Assembly (NCBI RefSeq): GCF_002854065.1
Contig: NZ_CP024147.1
Reading direction: 5' to 3' (one strand)
Source of the DNA: Escherichia coli
GTDB taxonomy: Bacteria; Pseudomonadota; Gammaproteobacteria; Enterobacterales; Enterobacteriaceae
DNA: 64,000 bases
Of the stretch, positions 1-10,858 are shown one piece after another. The position numbers and the translations under genes were made by a program. Below the pieces are notes generated by a model that saw only the letters and a list, made by a program, of their open reading frames with translations, did no database searches and was not told the origin of the DNA. Position 1 is the first letter of the stretch; each line of letters starts with the position of its first letter.

Positions 1-371
1 CCGGCAAGCGCCGCAATAATCATCGTTGAAGCCACAGTGGTTGCGCCATTTTTTCCGGCGGCAACAACAAAAGGTAAATCGCGACGACTAACTTTGGTCA
101 CGTTATGCCCTTCACGACCCAGTAATTCAATTTCTTCTTTGCTTAAACCCACTTTCATCACGCCGCCAATAATGGCGATAGTGGCAGGTACTGCGCCCTG
201 TTTACGAATAGTTTCTTCTACTTCAATTGCGGTCTGGGCATTTTGTGGGAACGGCATCCCGTGAGAAATAATGGTCGATTCCAGCGCCACAACCGGTTTT
301 TTGTTTTTTAAAGCGTCCTGCACTTCCGGGGAAATTTGTAATAATTCAGGGGAAATTTTTAATTCAGACAT
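1..371 (-). CDS. psuG: Pseudouridine-5'-phosphate glycosidase, N-terminal part only (gene continues beyond window start)
   Basis: Minus-strand frame open to position 1; ATG at 369-371 (reverse complement) gives MSELKISPELLQ..., matching PsuG/YeiN as recalled; start overlaps the psuK stop by 13 nt. Confidence 0.8.
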   Translation of the reverse strand, partial: MSELKISPELLQISPEVQDALKNKKPVVALESTIISHGMPFPQNAQTAIEVEETIRKQGAVPATIAIIGGVMKVGLSKEEIELLGREGHNVTKVSRRDLPFVVAAGKNGATTVASTMIIAALA

Positions 372-1300
372 TCTGCGTTCTCCACTAACGATATAACGTT
401 GGCAATCGATAAATCGGGGTTATTGGTGTATTCACAGGAGAGCGCCATTGACGAACATCCCTGTGCGAAACGAACAGATTCGGCAAACGGCATTCCGTCT
501 ACCCAACACGAAGCAAGTCCCGCCATCATGGCATCGCCCGCTCCGGTAACATTAATAACATTGGTTTTGATCGAGGCAGACCAGCCACTTTCACCGCTGA
601 TTTCACTGTAATAAACGCCATCGCCGCCCATGCTCAATACCAGTCGGTTCAGGCCATGTTGATGGAACCAGGCAGCAACTTTTGCCACATCTTCACGCCC
701 TGACAGCGCAATCCCACTCAGTGTTTCCGCTTCAAGGCGGTTTGGCTTCAGAGTGTGGATCTGATTTAGACGGTCGCGCACTTTGACACATTTCCACGCT
801 GAAACCGGATCGACAAATACGGGTACGTTGGCAGCATTATCCAGAATCCATGCCAGTGCCTCTTCACTGATATTACAGTCCGCGACAATGACCTTTGCCC
901 TCTGAATAAATTCACGGTGCTGTGCGAGATATTCAGCTGTAATAGCGTTGCTAATATTCATGTCATTTATAGCAACCAGCATTTCACCGGTATTATCGAG
1001 TAATGATAAATAACTCGACGTATTTTCTCCCGGCACAATCAGGCATTTATCGACATAAACGCCAGATTGATTGGTTTGCGTTAGCAGCGATTGACCATAA
1101 AAATCACTACCTACTGCGCTCAGTAGCCAGGCTTTGTTACCCAGCAACGCCAGGTTTTGTGCAATATTTCGCCCTACTCCACCAGGCGTAAATTTTATTT
1201 TATCTGGATTTGAATCCGCATAATTTAATGATTCATGTGAATATCCGGCGACATCAATATTCGCCGAACCTATAATTACGACATAATCCTTTTCGCGCAT
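359..1300 (-). CDS. psuK: Pseudouridine kinase (PfkB family)
   Basis: 313-aa ORF matching YeiC/PsuK as recalled; position downstream of fruA as in K-12. Confidence 0.9.
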   Translation of the reverse strand: MREKDYVVIIGSANIDVAGYSHESLNYADSNPDKIKFTPGGVGRNIAQNLALLGNKAWLLSAVGSDFYGQSLLTQTNQSGVYVDKCLIVPGENTSSYLSLLDNTGEMLVAINDMNISNAITAEYLAQHREFIQRAKVIVADCNISEEALAWILDNAANVPVFVDPVSAWKCVKVRDRLNQIHTLKPNRLEAETLSGIALSGREDVAKVAAWFHQHGLNRLVLSMGGDGVYYSEISGESGWSASIKTNVINVTGAGDAMMAGLASCWVDGMPFAESVRFAQGCSSMALSCEYTNNPDLSIANVISLVENAECLN

Positions 1301-1540
1301 AGCACGTCCTCTGGTAAAAAATTACCAACCCTGTCAATCCACAAGAATATAGATACTGCAAAGACGGTTTAAACATGTGTTCATATTTAAACATGTGCTC
1401 ATAGTATGCATGTTTTACGTAAAGTAAATTGCCGCCAGAGAGGCAAAGCGGGCAGATTTGAGCAGGCTCACAAAATGCGATTAAATGCCTGAATTACAAA
1501 AGCGAGGAATTTGTGACGGGATGCACAGAACAGGAACAAT

Positions 1541-1566
1541 AAAAAAGGGCAGAAAATAATCTGCCC
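1541..1566 (-). terminator. Putative intrinsic terminator downstream of fruBKA
   Basis: Stem gggcag (1547-1552) / ctgccc (1561-1566) with 8-nt loop; on the minus strand it is followed by a 6-nt U-run (A-run 1541-1546 on plus). About 160 nt downstream of the fruA stop. Confidence 0.45.
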
Positions 1567-1723
1567 TTGAGGAAATAACCTTAGTGTTTGATGAACGTTT
1601 CAGGTTTCTACTGAAAGATAAAACCATTTAAATTCATAAAATTACATTCACAAACCGGTCATTCCCTTTGCGCTCATCCAATGATACAGGGCAGGAAATT
1701 TCTGCCCTGTAACACACCTTTTA

Positions 1724-3415
1724 TTACGCTGCTTTCGCTACTGCGTCCACTTCCGGACGTTTCAGGAAGGCATAGGCCAAACCCGCCACCAGCGTACCGG
1801 CAATAATTGCTACCAGGTAACCCAGTACCGGCGTAATAGCGCCAGGGATCAGCAGAACAAACAGACCACCGTGCGGTGCCATCAGTTTCGCACCAATCGC
1901 CATTGAGATTGCGCCAGTCAGCGCCCCACCAACGATACAACACGGCAGCACACGCATCGGATCACGAGCAGCAAACGGAATTGCACCTTCCGAAATAAAG
2001 CACAGACCAAGAACCAGAGCGGCTTTGCCACCTTCCTGCTGCGCTTTGTCAAATTTGCGACGCGCCACCATTGTTGCCAGACCCATTGCCAGCGGTGGCA
2101 CCATACCTGCCGCCATAATCGCCGCCATCGGGCCATAGGTTTGAGTACTCAGCAGACCCACACCGAATGCGTACGCTGCTTTATTTACCGGACCGCCCAT
2201 GTCAGTACACATCATGCCACCGAGGATCGCCCCCAGCAGAACCGCATTCGCAGTCCCCATGGTCTGCAGCCAGTGAGTCAACCCTTCGAGAATGCCAGCA
2301 ACCGGTTTACCGATCAGGTAGATCATCGCCAGACCGACCACCAGACTGGAAATTAGCGGAATGATCAGGATCGGTTTCAGCGCCTCCATACTCTGTGGCA
2401 GTTTCAGTTGCGTACTGATTAACTTCGCAATGTAACCAGCCAGGAAGCCCGCAATAATACCGCCAATGAAGCCAGAACCGGTGCTGACCGCCAGCATACC
2501 GCCAATCAGACCCGGCGTGAGACCCGGACGATCGGCAATGGAGAAGGCAATGTAACCTGCCAGTACCGGCACCATCAGCGCAAAGGCTGAACCACCACCA
2601 ATCTGCATCAGCGCCGCTGCCAACGTACCCGGCTCTTTAAACGCTTCGATACCAAAAGCAAAAGAAAGCGCGATACACAGACCACCTGCAACGACCATCG
2701 GCAGCATGTAAGAGACGCCCGTCAGCAAGTGACGGTATGCGCCTGCACTCTCTTTCTTACCTTCAGAGGTCGCCGTTTGAGCTTTGCCCGCCGGTTCATA
2801 CGGCGTTGCTTCAGCAACCGCTTTATCCAGTTCCTGCGCGGTTTTCTTCAGCGCCAGACCGGTAGAGGTACGATACATCGGTTTACCAGCAAATTTCGCC
2901 AGATCCACTTCGATATCTGCCGCCACAATCACCAGATCCGCTGCGGCTACTTCTTCGGGGGTGATTGCATTACCCGCACCAACAGAACCACGGGTTTCAA
3001 CTTTCACCCACCAGCCACGTTTTTTCGCTTCGGTTTCAATGGCTTCAGCCGCCATAAAGGTGTGTGCTACGCCAGTCGGGCAAGCAGTCACCGCAACTAC
3101 GCGTTTCGGACCGCTGGCGGCAACCGGTGCTGTCGCAGCGACCGGCGCAGTGTAAGGTTTCGCATGGCCTTTGGCTTCACTCAGGAACAGCTCAGGGTGC
3201 GCAACTGCCCGGGAAATATCGCCCAGCCAGACATTTTTACCGTTCAGCGCGCTGTCATTCGGGATGGAATCACCGAGAACAATCGCCATTTCTGCGTCGT
3301 TCGGATTGTCGATGATTTCCAGTTTTGCTTTTCGCGCCGCCGCGCCCAGCAGGGTCTTCGCCATATAGGCGCGTGCCTGACCGAGATTAGCGTCAATAAT
3401 CAGCAGCGTTTTCAT
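1724..3415 (-). CDS. fruA: PTS fructose-specific EIIB'BC component
   Basis: 563-aa ORF with N-terminal IIB-like domains and C-terminal polytopic membrane domain; matches FruA as recalled; fruB-fruK-fruA order. Confidence 0.93.
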   Translation of the reverse strand: MKTLLIIDANLGQARAYMAKTLLGAAARKAKLEIIDNPNDAEMAIVLGDSIPNDSALNGKNVWLGDISRAVAHPELFLSEAKGHAKPYTAPVAATAPVAASGPKRVVAVTACPTGVAHTFMAAEAIETEAKKRGWWVKVETRGSVGAGNAITPEEVAAADLVIVAADIEVDLAKFAGKPMYRTSTGLALKKTAQELDKAVAEATPYEPAGKAQTATSEGKKESAGAYRHLLTGVSYMLPMVVAGGLCIALSFAFGIEAFKEPGTLAAALMQIGGGSAFALMVPVLAGYIAFSIADRPGLTPGLIGGMLAVSTGSGFIGGIIAGFLAGYIAKLISTQLKLPQSMEALKPILIIPLISSLVVGLAMIYLIGKPVAGILEGLTHWLQTMGTANAVLLGAILGGMMCTDMGGPVNKAAYAFGVGLLSTQTYGPMAAIMAAGMVPPLAMGLATMVARRKFDKAQQEGGKAALVLGLCFISEGAIPFAARDPMRVLPCCIVGGALTGAISMAIGAKLMAPHGGLFVLLIPGAITPVLGYLVAIIAGTLVAGLAYAFLKRPEVDAVAKAA

Positions 3416-3431
3416 TATGCCTCTCCTGCTG

Positions 3432-4370
3432 TCAGTTAAAAGGTTGTAAGTCGACGCGCGCCATCATTGCGGCCAACTGCGGACGATCGGTAATACCCAC
3501 ATTGCTTTGACTTACCGCCAGGGCTGCAACAGCAGTCGCCAGACGCAGTGTGTGTTCACTGGATTCACGCATTAGCAAGCCATAAATCAGGCCACCAACC
3601 ATAGAATCCCCTGCGCCAACGGTGCTTACGACATCGACTGACGGTGGTTTGGCGATCCATTCGCCGGAGGCATTAACCCAAAGCGCGCCTTCGGCACCCA
3701 GTGAAATAACGACATGCGCAATACCTTGTTCACGCAGCGCATGCGCAGCTTCAATCACATCTTTCATTTCAGGCAGTTTACGGCCTGCCCAGATTTCCAG
3801 CTCGCGGCGGTTAGGTTTCACCAGCCACGGTGCCGCTTTCAAACCTGCTACTAACGCTTCACGGCTACTATCAAAGATAATGCAAGGGCACTGACTACGC
3901 AGGCGAGTCATCCAGTCGGTGAACGCTTCCGGGCTGACGCCTGACGGTAAGCTTCCGCTGACACAGACCATATCGAACTGACCGAGCCAGCTCAGAGAAT
4001 CAGTCACAAAGCGTTCCCAGTCGGCGGGAGTGACTTCAAAACCCGAGAAGTTGAAGTCGGTCACTTCGCCGTCTTTTTCCGTCAGCTTAACGTTAATTCG
4101 GGTGCGCCCCTGTACAACCTGGAAACGGTTGGCAATGCCCAGCTCGCTGAACAGTTGCTGAAAACCATCCTGATTGTCTTTACCGAGGAAGCCGCCAACG
4201 GTGACATCAATTCCCAGGTCTTTCAATACTTTGGCCACGTTGATGCCTTTACCCGCCGCATGCAGACCGGTGGTTTTCACCAGGTTCACTTCGCCGCGTT
4301 CAATTTCCGGGCAGAAACCAACAAGGTCATAAGCCGGATTAAGGGTGATAGTAGCAACACGTCTGCTCAT
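3432..4370 (-). CDS. fruK: 1-phosphofructokinase
   Basis: 312-aa PfkB-family ORF between fruB and fruA; start abuts the fruB stop. Confidence 0.93.
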   Translation of the reverse strand: MSRRVATITLNPAYDLVGFCPEIERGEVNLVKTTGLHAAGKGINVAKVLKDLGIDVTVGGFLGKDNQDGFQQLFSELGIANRFQVVQGRTRINVKLTEKDGEVTDFNFSGFEVTPADWERFVTDSLSWLGQFDMVCVSGSLPSGVSPEAFTDWMTRLRSQCPCIIFDSSREALVAGLKAAPWLVKPNRRELEIWAGRKLPEMKDVIEAAHALREQGIAHVVISLGAEGALWVNASGEWIAKPPSVDVVSTVGAGDSMVGGLIYGLLMRESSEHTLRLATAVAALAVSQSNVGITDRPQLAAMMARVDLQPFN

Positions 4371-5500
4371 TATGCGCCCTCCCCAAGACCAGCAGCGATA
4401 GCGTCGCCGATTGCTTTCAGCGCCTGTTCAGCATCTGCACCCTGGGCGGTAAAGCGTAGGCGATGACCTTTCTTAACGCCAAGTGCCACAACTTTCATCA
4501 GACTACGTCCGTTTGCCGGTTTGCCGGTGCCATCAAGGTTTGTCACGGTAATATCACTGTTAAATTGTTTAATGGTGTTGACCAGCATGGTACCTGGACG
4601 AGCATGCAGGCCGTGTTCATTGCGCACCACAAACTCCGCGCTTAACACGTCGTCGGTCGGCGCATCATCGCTGGTCAGCAGCGCCAGCAACGTTGCCGCA
4701 TCCGCTTTCAGCAAGCGGTCAGCTTTATTGTCGAGCAACAAATCAGCGAGACGCTTAAGAACCGCAATGGGCTGATCGTCATTCATCGCCACACTCACCA
4801 GCATGGCTGCCGTTTCGCCGTCCACATCAAAAGCATTTGCCGCACGGCTTACCGCAATCGCGCTACGCAGATTGCCTTCGGCGCTATCGCTCAGCCAGAT
4901 ACCCTGTCCGAGATTCAGCGGTTGTTCATTGATGGCTTTGGTGACGAAAGAGGCGTCAACTGCCCCCGCCTCTTTCAGACGCGCAGCGTTCAGCGCCTGA
5001 AGAGTCAGCAGATCGCTGGCGACGATATCCAGCGTCAGCATTTCGTTGTCGAGCTTCAACTGCTCACTCTGCTTTTCGCCCATCAGCAATGCGCGAAGTT
5101 CTTCTGCTGTTGTTGCTGACTTCAGTTGTTCAGCAACGGAATCATCGCTCAGTACGTGGGTCAGCTGGCGTAGCAGGCCCAGATGCTCATCCGAGCTGGC
5201 AGCAATACCGATCGCTACGTACGCTACCTGACCGTCACCCCAAGTGACGCCTTCCGGGAACTGAAATACCTGAACGCCGGTTTTCAGCACCTGATCGCGG
5301 GTGTCGGTAGTGCCGTGTGGAATAGCAATACCATTGCCGAGGAACGTTGAGGTTTGCTGTTCGCGCGCCAGCATGCCATTGACGTAGCCTTCTGCTACAT
5401 TACCGGCCTGCACCAGCGCCGCAGCGACCTGGCGAATCGCCTCTTCTTTGTCTCCGGCCTTTTCGCCCGGATGGATGTCCTGTACGGATAACTGGAACAT
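4370..5500 (-). CDS. fruB: PTS fructose-specific EIIA / FPr fusion protein
   Basis: 376-aa ORF, first gene of fruBKA; Cra operator motif about 90 bp upstream. Confidence 0.93.
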   Translation of the reverse strand: MFQLSVQDIHPGEKAGDKEEAIRQVAAALVQAGNVAEGYVNGMLAREQQTSTFLGNGIAIPHGTTDTRDQVLKTGVQVFQFPEGVTWGDGQVAYVAIGIAASSDEHLGLLRQLTHVLSDDSVAEQLKSATTAEELRALLMGEKQSEQLKLDNEMLTLDIVASDLLTLQALNAARLKEAGAVDASFVTKAINEQPLNLGQGIWLSDSAEGNLRSAIAVSRAANAFDVDGETAAMLVSVAMNDDQPIAVLKRLADLLLDNKADRLLKADAATLLALLTSDDAPTDDVLSAEFVVRNEHGLHARPGTMLVNTIKQFNSDITVTNLDGTGKPANGRSLMKVVALGVKKGHRLRFTAQGADAEQALKAIGDAIAAGLGEGA

Positions 5501-5586
5501 AGTTCTCCTCTCTTGCTGAATTGAAACGATTCAGCTTCTATGAGAAAAAAAGCGCCAACCTGGCTTAGGGTTAAAGACAAGATCGC

Positions 5587-5602
5587 GCTGAAACGTTTCA
5601 AG
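5587..5602 (-). promoter_or_regulatory. Cra (FruR) operator in the fruB promoter
   Basis: Perfect palindrome TGAAACGTTTCA at 5589-5600 (GCTGAAACGTTTCA 5587-5600), matching the Cra consensus core, about 90 bp upstream of fruB ATG; a second half-site-like GCTGAAACAG (reverse complement) at 5617-5626. Confidence 0.7.
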
Positions 5603-5867
5603 AAAGCATAATACTTCTGTTTCAGCACGCAAGGAAAGCCGTAAAGTTATGAGCAAAAGTTTGATGTGCTGCACAATTTTTTGTCATTTTTCCTAATTGC
5701 TGATGGGAAAATCCGTTATCAGCAATTTCATTTCAGCAGCGTCAGCAGCCAATCAGCAACAGTGAAATGGCATTTTGATTATTCGTGGCGCTTTTGATTT
5801 CGCTGTCTGTTTATTTTCTGACAAGCAGCGTAAACTCCGCGTCTTCCTCTTCCAGTGATCGACCAGC

Positions 5868-7049
5868 ATGCATAACTCCCCCGCAGTCTCCAGCGCGAAA
5901 TCGTTTGACCTGACCTCGACGGCGTTTTTAATCGTTGCCTTTCTCACCGGTATTGCGGGCGCTCTGCAAACCCCGACACTCAGTATTTTTCTTACCGATG
6001 AAGTACATGCCCGTCCGGCGATGGTGGGATTCTTCTTTACCGGCAGCGTTGTCATTGGGATTCTGGTGAGTCAGTTTCTCGCCGGGCGCTCTGATAAGCG
6101 CGGCGATCGCAAATCGCTGATTGTCTTTTGCTGCCTGTTAGGCGTGCTGGCCTGCACCCTTTTTGCCTGGAATCGCAACTACTTTGTTTTGCTATTCGTT
6201 GGCGTCTTTCTTAGCAGCTTTGGCTCGACCGCTAACCCGCAAATGTTTGCCCTTGCCCGTGAACATGCCGACAAAACCGGACGTGAGGCGGTGATGTTCA
6301 GCTCTTTTTTACGCGCTCAGGTTTCACTGGCATGGGTCATTGGCCCACCGCTGGCTTATGCCTTAGCGATGGGTTTCAGCTTTACGGTAATGTATCTGAG
6401 CGCAGCGGTAGCGTTTATTGTTTGCGGCGTGATGGTGTGGCTGTTTTTACCGTCGATGCAAAAAGAGCTTCCGCTGGCGACCGGCACGGTTGAAGCGCCG
6501 CGCCGTAACCGTCGCGATACGCTGCTGCTGTTTGTCATTTGTACATTGATGTGGGGCTCGAACAGTCTGTACATCATCAACATGCCGCTATTTATAATCA
6601 ACGAACTGCATCTTCCCGAGAAACTGGCCGGTGTGATGATGGGGACCGCCGCCGGGCTGGAAATCCCGACCATGTTGATTGCCGGATATTTTGCCAAACG
6701 TCTGGGTAAGAGTTTCTTAATGCGCGTTGCTGCCGTGGGTGGCGTCTGTTTTTACGCAGGAATGCTGATGGCGCATTCTCCTGTCATTCTGTTGGGCTTG
6801 CAGCTGCTAAATGCTATTTTTATTGGCATTCTGGGCGGTATCGGGATGCTCTATTTTCAGGATTTGATGCCCGGTCAGGCAGGTTCAGCCACCACGCTCT
6901 ATACCAACACGTCGCGCGTGGGCTGGATCATCGCAGGATCTGTGGCGGGCATCGTCGCCGAGATCTGGAATTATCACGCTGTGTTCTGGTTTGCGATGGT
7001 GATGATTATCGCCACTCTGTTTTGCTTACTGCGGATTAAAGATGTTTAA
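5868..7049 (+). CDS. setB: Sugar efflux transporter B (MFS)
   Basis: 393-aa polytopic membrane ORF divergent from fruB; matches SetB as recalled. Confidence 0.9.
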
Positions 7050-7300
7050 GGCGCGGTCAGCATTTCCAGATCGATAAGCCAGGTCATTGCCTGCTGACGC
7101 GAGTTACCGCACATTTCAGCGCTGGCTTGTAAGCCTGCACAGACTTTCGGCCGCAGTGGCGAGGTGAAAATTTTACAGCGTTGCTGTTCATCAAGCTGAA
7201 TGCAGGGCGTATTGGCGGGCTTGCCATCTGGCATACCGGGAATAGGGCTGGAAATTGAAGGGGCAGTGCAACACGCCCCGCAACCCGGACGGCATTCCAT
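7046..7300 (-). CDS. yeiW: UPF0153 family small Cys-rich protein
   Basis: Internal Met of the 128-aa track ORF gives the 84-aa product [11 protein letters not shown]... as recalled for YeiW; the longer upstream extension is likely not translated. Stop overlaps the setB stop (convergent). Confidence 0.75.
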
Positions 7301-7454
7301 ACGTTGTTCTCTTAAGGTTAACCACCGGATTGATGAGCGCGCACAGTACCACCTTTTTTGCACCAGCAAAAGTGCGAATACCACTTGCCCGAAAGGCCCG
7401 TCGCGAGTACTTTGTCGCGATATTTTTGACATTTTCGACTACAGGAATTTTTCG

Positions 7455-8027
7455 ATGCCAAGAGCGAACGAAATTAAAAAAGGTATGGTACTGAATTACA
7501 ACGGCAAACTGCTGCTGGTTAAGGACATTGATATTCAGTCGCCCACTGCCCGCGGTGCCGCTACGCTGTACAAAATGCGTTTTTCTGATGTCCGTACCGG
7601 GCTGAAAGTAGAAGAGCGTTTCAAAGGTGATGATATCGTTGACACCGTGACGCTGACCCGCCGTTACGTTGACTTCTCCTATGTCGATGGTAACGAATAT
7701 GTCTTTATGGATAAAGAAGACTATACCCCGTATACCTTCACCAAAGATCAGATTGAAGAAGAGTTGCTGTTTATGCCAGAAGGCGGCATGCCGGACATGC
7801 AGGTGCTGACCTGGGACGGTCAACTGCTGGCGCTTGAGCTGCCGCAGACCGTTGATCTGGAAATCGTTGAAACCGCACCAGGCATCAAAGGGGCATCTGC
7901 CAGCGCCCGTAACAAACCGGCGACATTGAGCACTGGTCTGGTGATTCAGGTACCAGAATACTTAAGCCCGGGCGAAAAAATTCGTATCCATATCGAAGAA
8001 CGCCGTTATATGGGGCGTGCTGACTAA
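7455..8027 (+). CDS. yeiP: Elongation factor P-like protein
   Basis: 190-aa product starting [10 protein letters not shown] at ATG 7455; EF-P paralogue; the track ORF extends upstream in the same frame without support. Confidence 0.9.
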
Positions 8028-8047
8028 CTTCAGCCGCAGGCAGAAAA

Positions 8048-8073
8048 GGGATAGCTCAGGCTGTCCCTTTTTT
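8048..8073 (+). terminator. Intrinsic terminator after yeiP
   Basis: Stem gggatagc / gctgtccc (one G-U pair), 4-nt loop, followed by TTTTTT (8068-8073). Confidence 0.55.
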
Positions 8074-8249
8074 AATTTATTATACCAATCTTCTATTTTG
8101 CGCTTCCTGAACACCTTACGCCCGCAATATTCACTCGTTGATTGATCGCCCTCACACTTCATCGCATTAACAATCCAGACCAATTTCAATTGCTGTCATA
8201 TAACTTTACACTGTCGTTGTTAATTAATCGTTACTAAGACGTGACTCCT

Positions 8250-9716
8250 ATGAATACAATTGCCTCCGTTACGCTCCCGCATCATGTACACGCTCCACGC
8301 TACGATCGCCAGCAGTTGCAATCACGTATCGTTCATTTTGGCTTTGGAGCCTTTCACCGCGCTCATCAGGCGTTACTGACCGATCGTGTGCTGAATGCCC
8401 AGGGCGGCGACTGGGGGATCTGTGAAATCAGCTTGTTCAGCGGTGATCAACTGATGAGCCAGCTCCGCGCACAGAACCATTTATATACCGTGCTGGAGAA
8501 AGGGACGGACGGCAATCAGGCGATAATTGTCGGTGCCGTTCACGAATGCCTGAATGCAAAACTGGATTCCTTAGCGGCAATTATTGAGAAGTTTTGCGAG
8601 CCACAGGTGGCAATTGTTTCCCTGACGATTACCGAAAAAGGCTATTGTATTGACCCGGCCACCGGTGCACTCGACACCAGCAATCCGCGGATTATTCACG
8701 ATCTACAAACCCCTGAAGAACCTCACTCCGCACCGGGTATTCTCGTCGAAGCACTGAAACGCCGCCGTGAGCGCGGCCTTACACCGTTTACCGTGCTCTC
8801 CTGTGACAATATTCCCGACAATGGCCATGTGGTGAAAAACGCGGTGCTGGGAATGGCAGAAAAACGTTCGCCAGAACTCGCCGGGTGGATAAAAGAGCAC
8901 GTCAGTTTTCCGGGAACTATGGTCGACCGCATTGTTCCGGCAGCAACCAACGAATCACTGGCGGAAATCAGCCAGCATCTGGGGGTGAATGATCCCTGCG
9001 CGATTAGCTGCGAACCGTTTATCCAGTGGGTGGTGGAAGATAACTTCGTCGCTGGGCGTCCTGCCTGGGAAGTCGCAGGTGTACAAATGGTGAATGATGT
9101 CCTGCCATGGGAAGAGATGAAACTGCGGATGCTTAATGGCAGCCACTCTTTTCTCGCTTATCTGGGTTACCTCTCAGGATTCGCCCATATCAGTGATTGC
9201 ATGCAGGATCGCGCATTTCGCCATGCCGCCAGAACATTAATGCTGGATGAGCAAGCGCCGACACTGCGGATTAAAGATGTCGATTTAACACAATATGCGG
9301 ATAAGTTAATTGCACGTTTTGCTAATCCGGCGCTGAAACATAAGACCTGGCAAATCGCGATGGATGGCAGCCAGAAATTACCGCAACGCATGCTGGCAGG
9401 TATTCGCATACATCTGGGGCGCGAAACGGACTGGTCGTTGCTGGCATTAGGCGTTGCAGGCTGGATGCGTTACGTCAGCGGCGTTGATGATGCCGGAAAT
9501 GCCATTGATGTTCGCGATCCGCTTAGCGATAAAATTCGCGATCTTGTTGCGGGCAGCAGCAGTGAGCAACGCGTCACCGCCCTGCTTTCCCTGCGTGAAG
9601 TTTTCGGTGATGATCTGCCAGATAACCCGCATTTTGTGCAGGCCATCGAACAAGCCTGGCAACAAATCGCACAATTCGGCGCGCATCAGGCGCTATTAAA
9701 CACCCTCAAAATTTAA
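8250..9716 (+). CDS. yeiQ: Putative mannitol/fructuronate dehydrogenase-family oxidoreductase
   Basis: ORF matches YeiQ as recalled; ATG at 8250 gives 488 aa starting MNTIASVT; the track ORF begins at an in-frame GTG at 8241. Confidence 0.88.
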   Translation: MNTIASVTLPHHVHAPRYDRQQLQSRIVHFGFGAFHRAHQALLTDRVLNAQGGDWGICEISLFSGDQLMSQLRAQNHLYTVLEKGTDGNQAIIVGAVHECLNAKLDSLAAIIEKFCEPQVAIVSLTITEKGYCIDPATGALDTSNPRIIHDLQTPEEPHSAPGILVEALKRRRERGLTPFTVLSCDNIPDNGHVVKNAVLGMAEKRSPELAGWIKEHVSFPGTMVDRIVPAATNESLAEISQHLGVNDPCAISCEPFIQWVVEDNFVAGRPAWEVAGVQMVNDVLPWEEMKLRMLNGSHSFLAYLGYLSGFAHISDCMQDRAFRHAARTLMLDEQAPTLRIKDVDLTQYADKLIARFANPALKHKTWQIAMDGSQKLPQRMLAGIRIHLGRETDWSLLALGVAGWMRYVSGVDDAGNAIDVRDPLSDKIRDLVAGSSSEQRVTALLSLREVFGDDLPDNPHFVQAIEQAWQQIAQFGAHQALLNTLKI

Positions 9717-9833
9717 CGATTTCTGCGGTTAAAGCGGATGAAGCTCGCCTTCGTCCGCTCTCCCCTTCTCTTTTCTGCCGTTTTTAGCCAGGATTAACGC
9801 TCAGTTAACTTATCAGAGTATTGCGGAGCCGTT

Positions 9834-10820
9834 GTGACCAGGACCAACCTCATCACCGGTTTTCTCGGCAGCGGGAAAACTACGTCGATTCTTCATCTGT
9901 TAGCCCATAAAGATCCCAACGAAAAATGGGCGGTACTGGTTAATGAATTTGGGGAAGTCGGAATTGATGGTGCTTTGCTCGCCGATAGCGGCGCATTGCT
10001 GAAAGAGATCCCCGGCGGCTGCATGTGCTGCGTTAATGGTTTACCCATGCAGGTAGGGTTGAATACCTTACTGCGTCAGGGAAAACCAGACCGCTTGTTG
10101 ATAGAGCCGACCGGGCTGGGCCATCCGAAACAGATCCTCGATCTGTTAACCGCACCAGTCTATGAACCGTGGATAGATCTGCGCGCCACGTTGTGCATTC
10201 TCGATCCACGCCTGCTGCTGGACGAAAAAAGCGCCAGCAATGAAAACTTCCGTGACCAGCTGGCTGCCGCAGACATCATTGTCGCCAATAAATCCGACCG
10301 TGCGACGCCTGAAAGTGAGCAAGCGCTACAGCGCTGGTGGCAGCAAAATGGTGGCGATCGGCAATTAATTCACAGTGAGCATGGGAAAGTTGACGGTCAT
10401 CTTCTGGATTTGCCGCGTCGCAATTTAGCCGAGTTGCCCGCCAGCGCCGCGCATTCTCATCAGCATGGCGTAAAAAAAGGGTTAGCAGCGTTAAGCCTGC
10501 CAGAGCATCAACGCTGGCGTCGCAGTCTGAACAGCGGACAAGGATATCAGGCCTGCGGCTGGATATTCGACGCTGATACGGTATTCGACACCATTGGCAT
10601 TCTGGAATGGGCGCGACTTGCACCGGTGGAACGCGTCAAAGGCGTGCTGCGTATTCCCGAAGGGCTGGTGCGAATCAACCGTCAGGGCGATGATCTGCAC
10701 ATTGAAACGCAAAACGTTGCGCCACCGGACAGCCGTATTGAGCTGATTTCCAGCAGCGAAGCTGACTGGAATGCCTTGCAGAGCGCGCTGTTGAAGCTTC
10801 GTTTAGCGACTACCGCGTAA
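9834..10820 (+). CDS. yeiR: COG0523-family zinc-associated GTPase (P-loop GxxGxGKT)
   Basis: 328-aa ORF with GFLGSGKTT P-loop and CxCC motif; GTG start at 9834; matches YeiR as recalled. Confidence 0.88.
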   Translation: MTRTNLITGFLGSGKTTSILHLLAHKDPNEKWAVLVNEFGEVGIDGALLADSGALLKEIPGGCMCCVNGLPMQVGLNTLLRQGKPDRLLIEPTGLGHPKQILDLLTAPVYEPWIDLRATLCILDPRLLLDEKSASNENFRDQLAAADIIVANKSDRATPESEQALQRWWQQNGGDRQLIHSEHGKVDGHLLDLPRRNLAELPASAAHSHQHGVKKGLAALSLPEHQRWRRSLNSGQGYQACGWIFDADTVFDTIGILEWARLAPVERVKGVLRIPEGLVRINRQGDDLHIETQNVAPPDSRIELISSSEADWNALQSALLKLRLATTA

Positions 10821-10858
10821 GGTTGCCTGCGTTTTTCAGTAAGATAATTAGAGAAAAT

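Noticed and set aside
37-264. 75-aa plus-strand ORF at the window start
   Set aside because: Antisense to the psuG N-terminal coding region, whose minus-strand frame is open to position 1.
1686-1710. Perfect 9-bp palindrome acagggcag/ctgccctgt 15 nt past the fruA stop, considered as the fruBKA terminator
   Set aside because: No U-run on either strand; the hairpin at 1541-1566 with a minus-strand U-run is the better terminator candidate. This one may be a stabilising hairpin or binding site.
2729-3439. 236-aa plus-strand ORF
   Set aside because: Antisense shadow ORF inside fruA; the minus-strand frame matches a known protein end to end.
7191-7823. 210-aa minus-strand ORF
   Set aside because: Antisense to yeiP and overlapping yeiW in another frame; yeiP on the plus strand accounts for the region.
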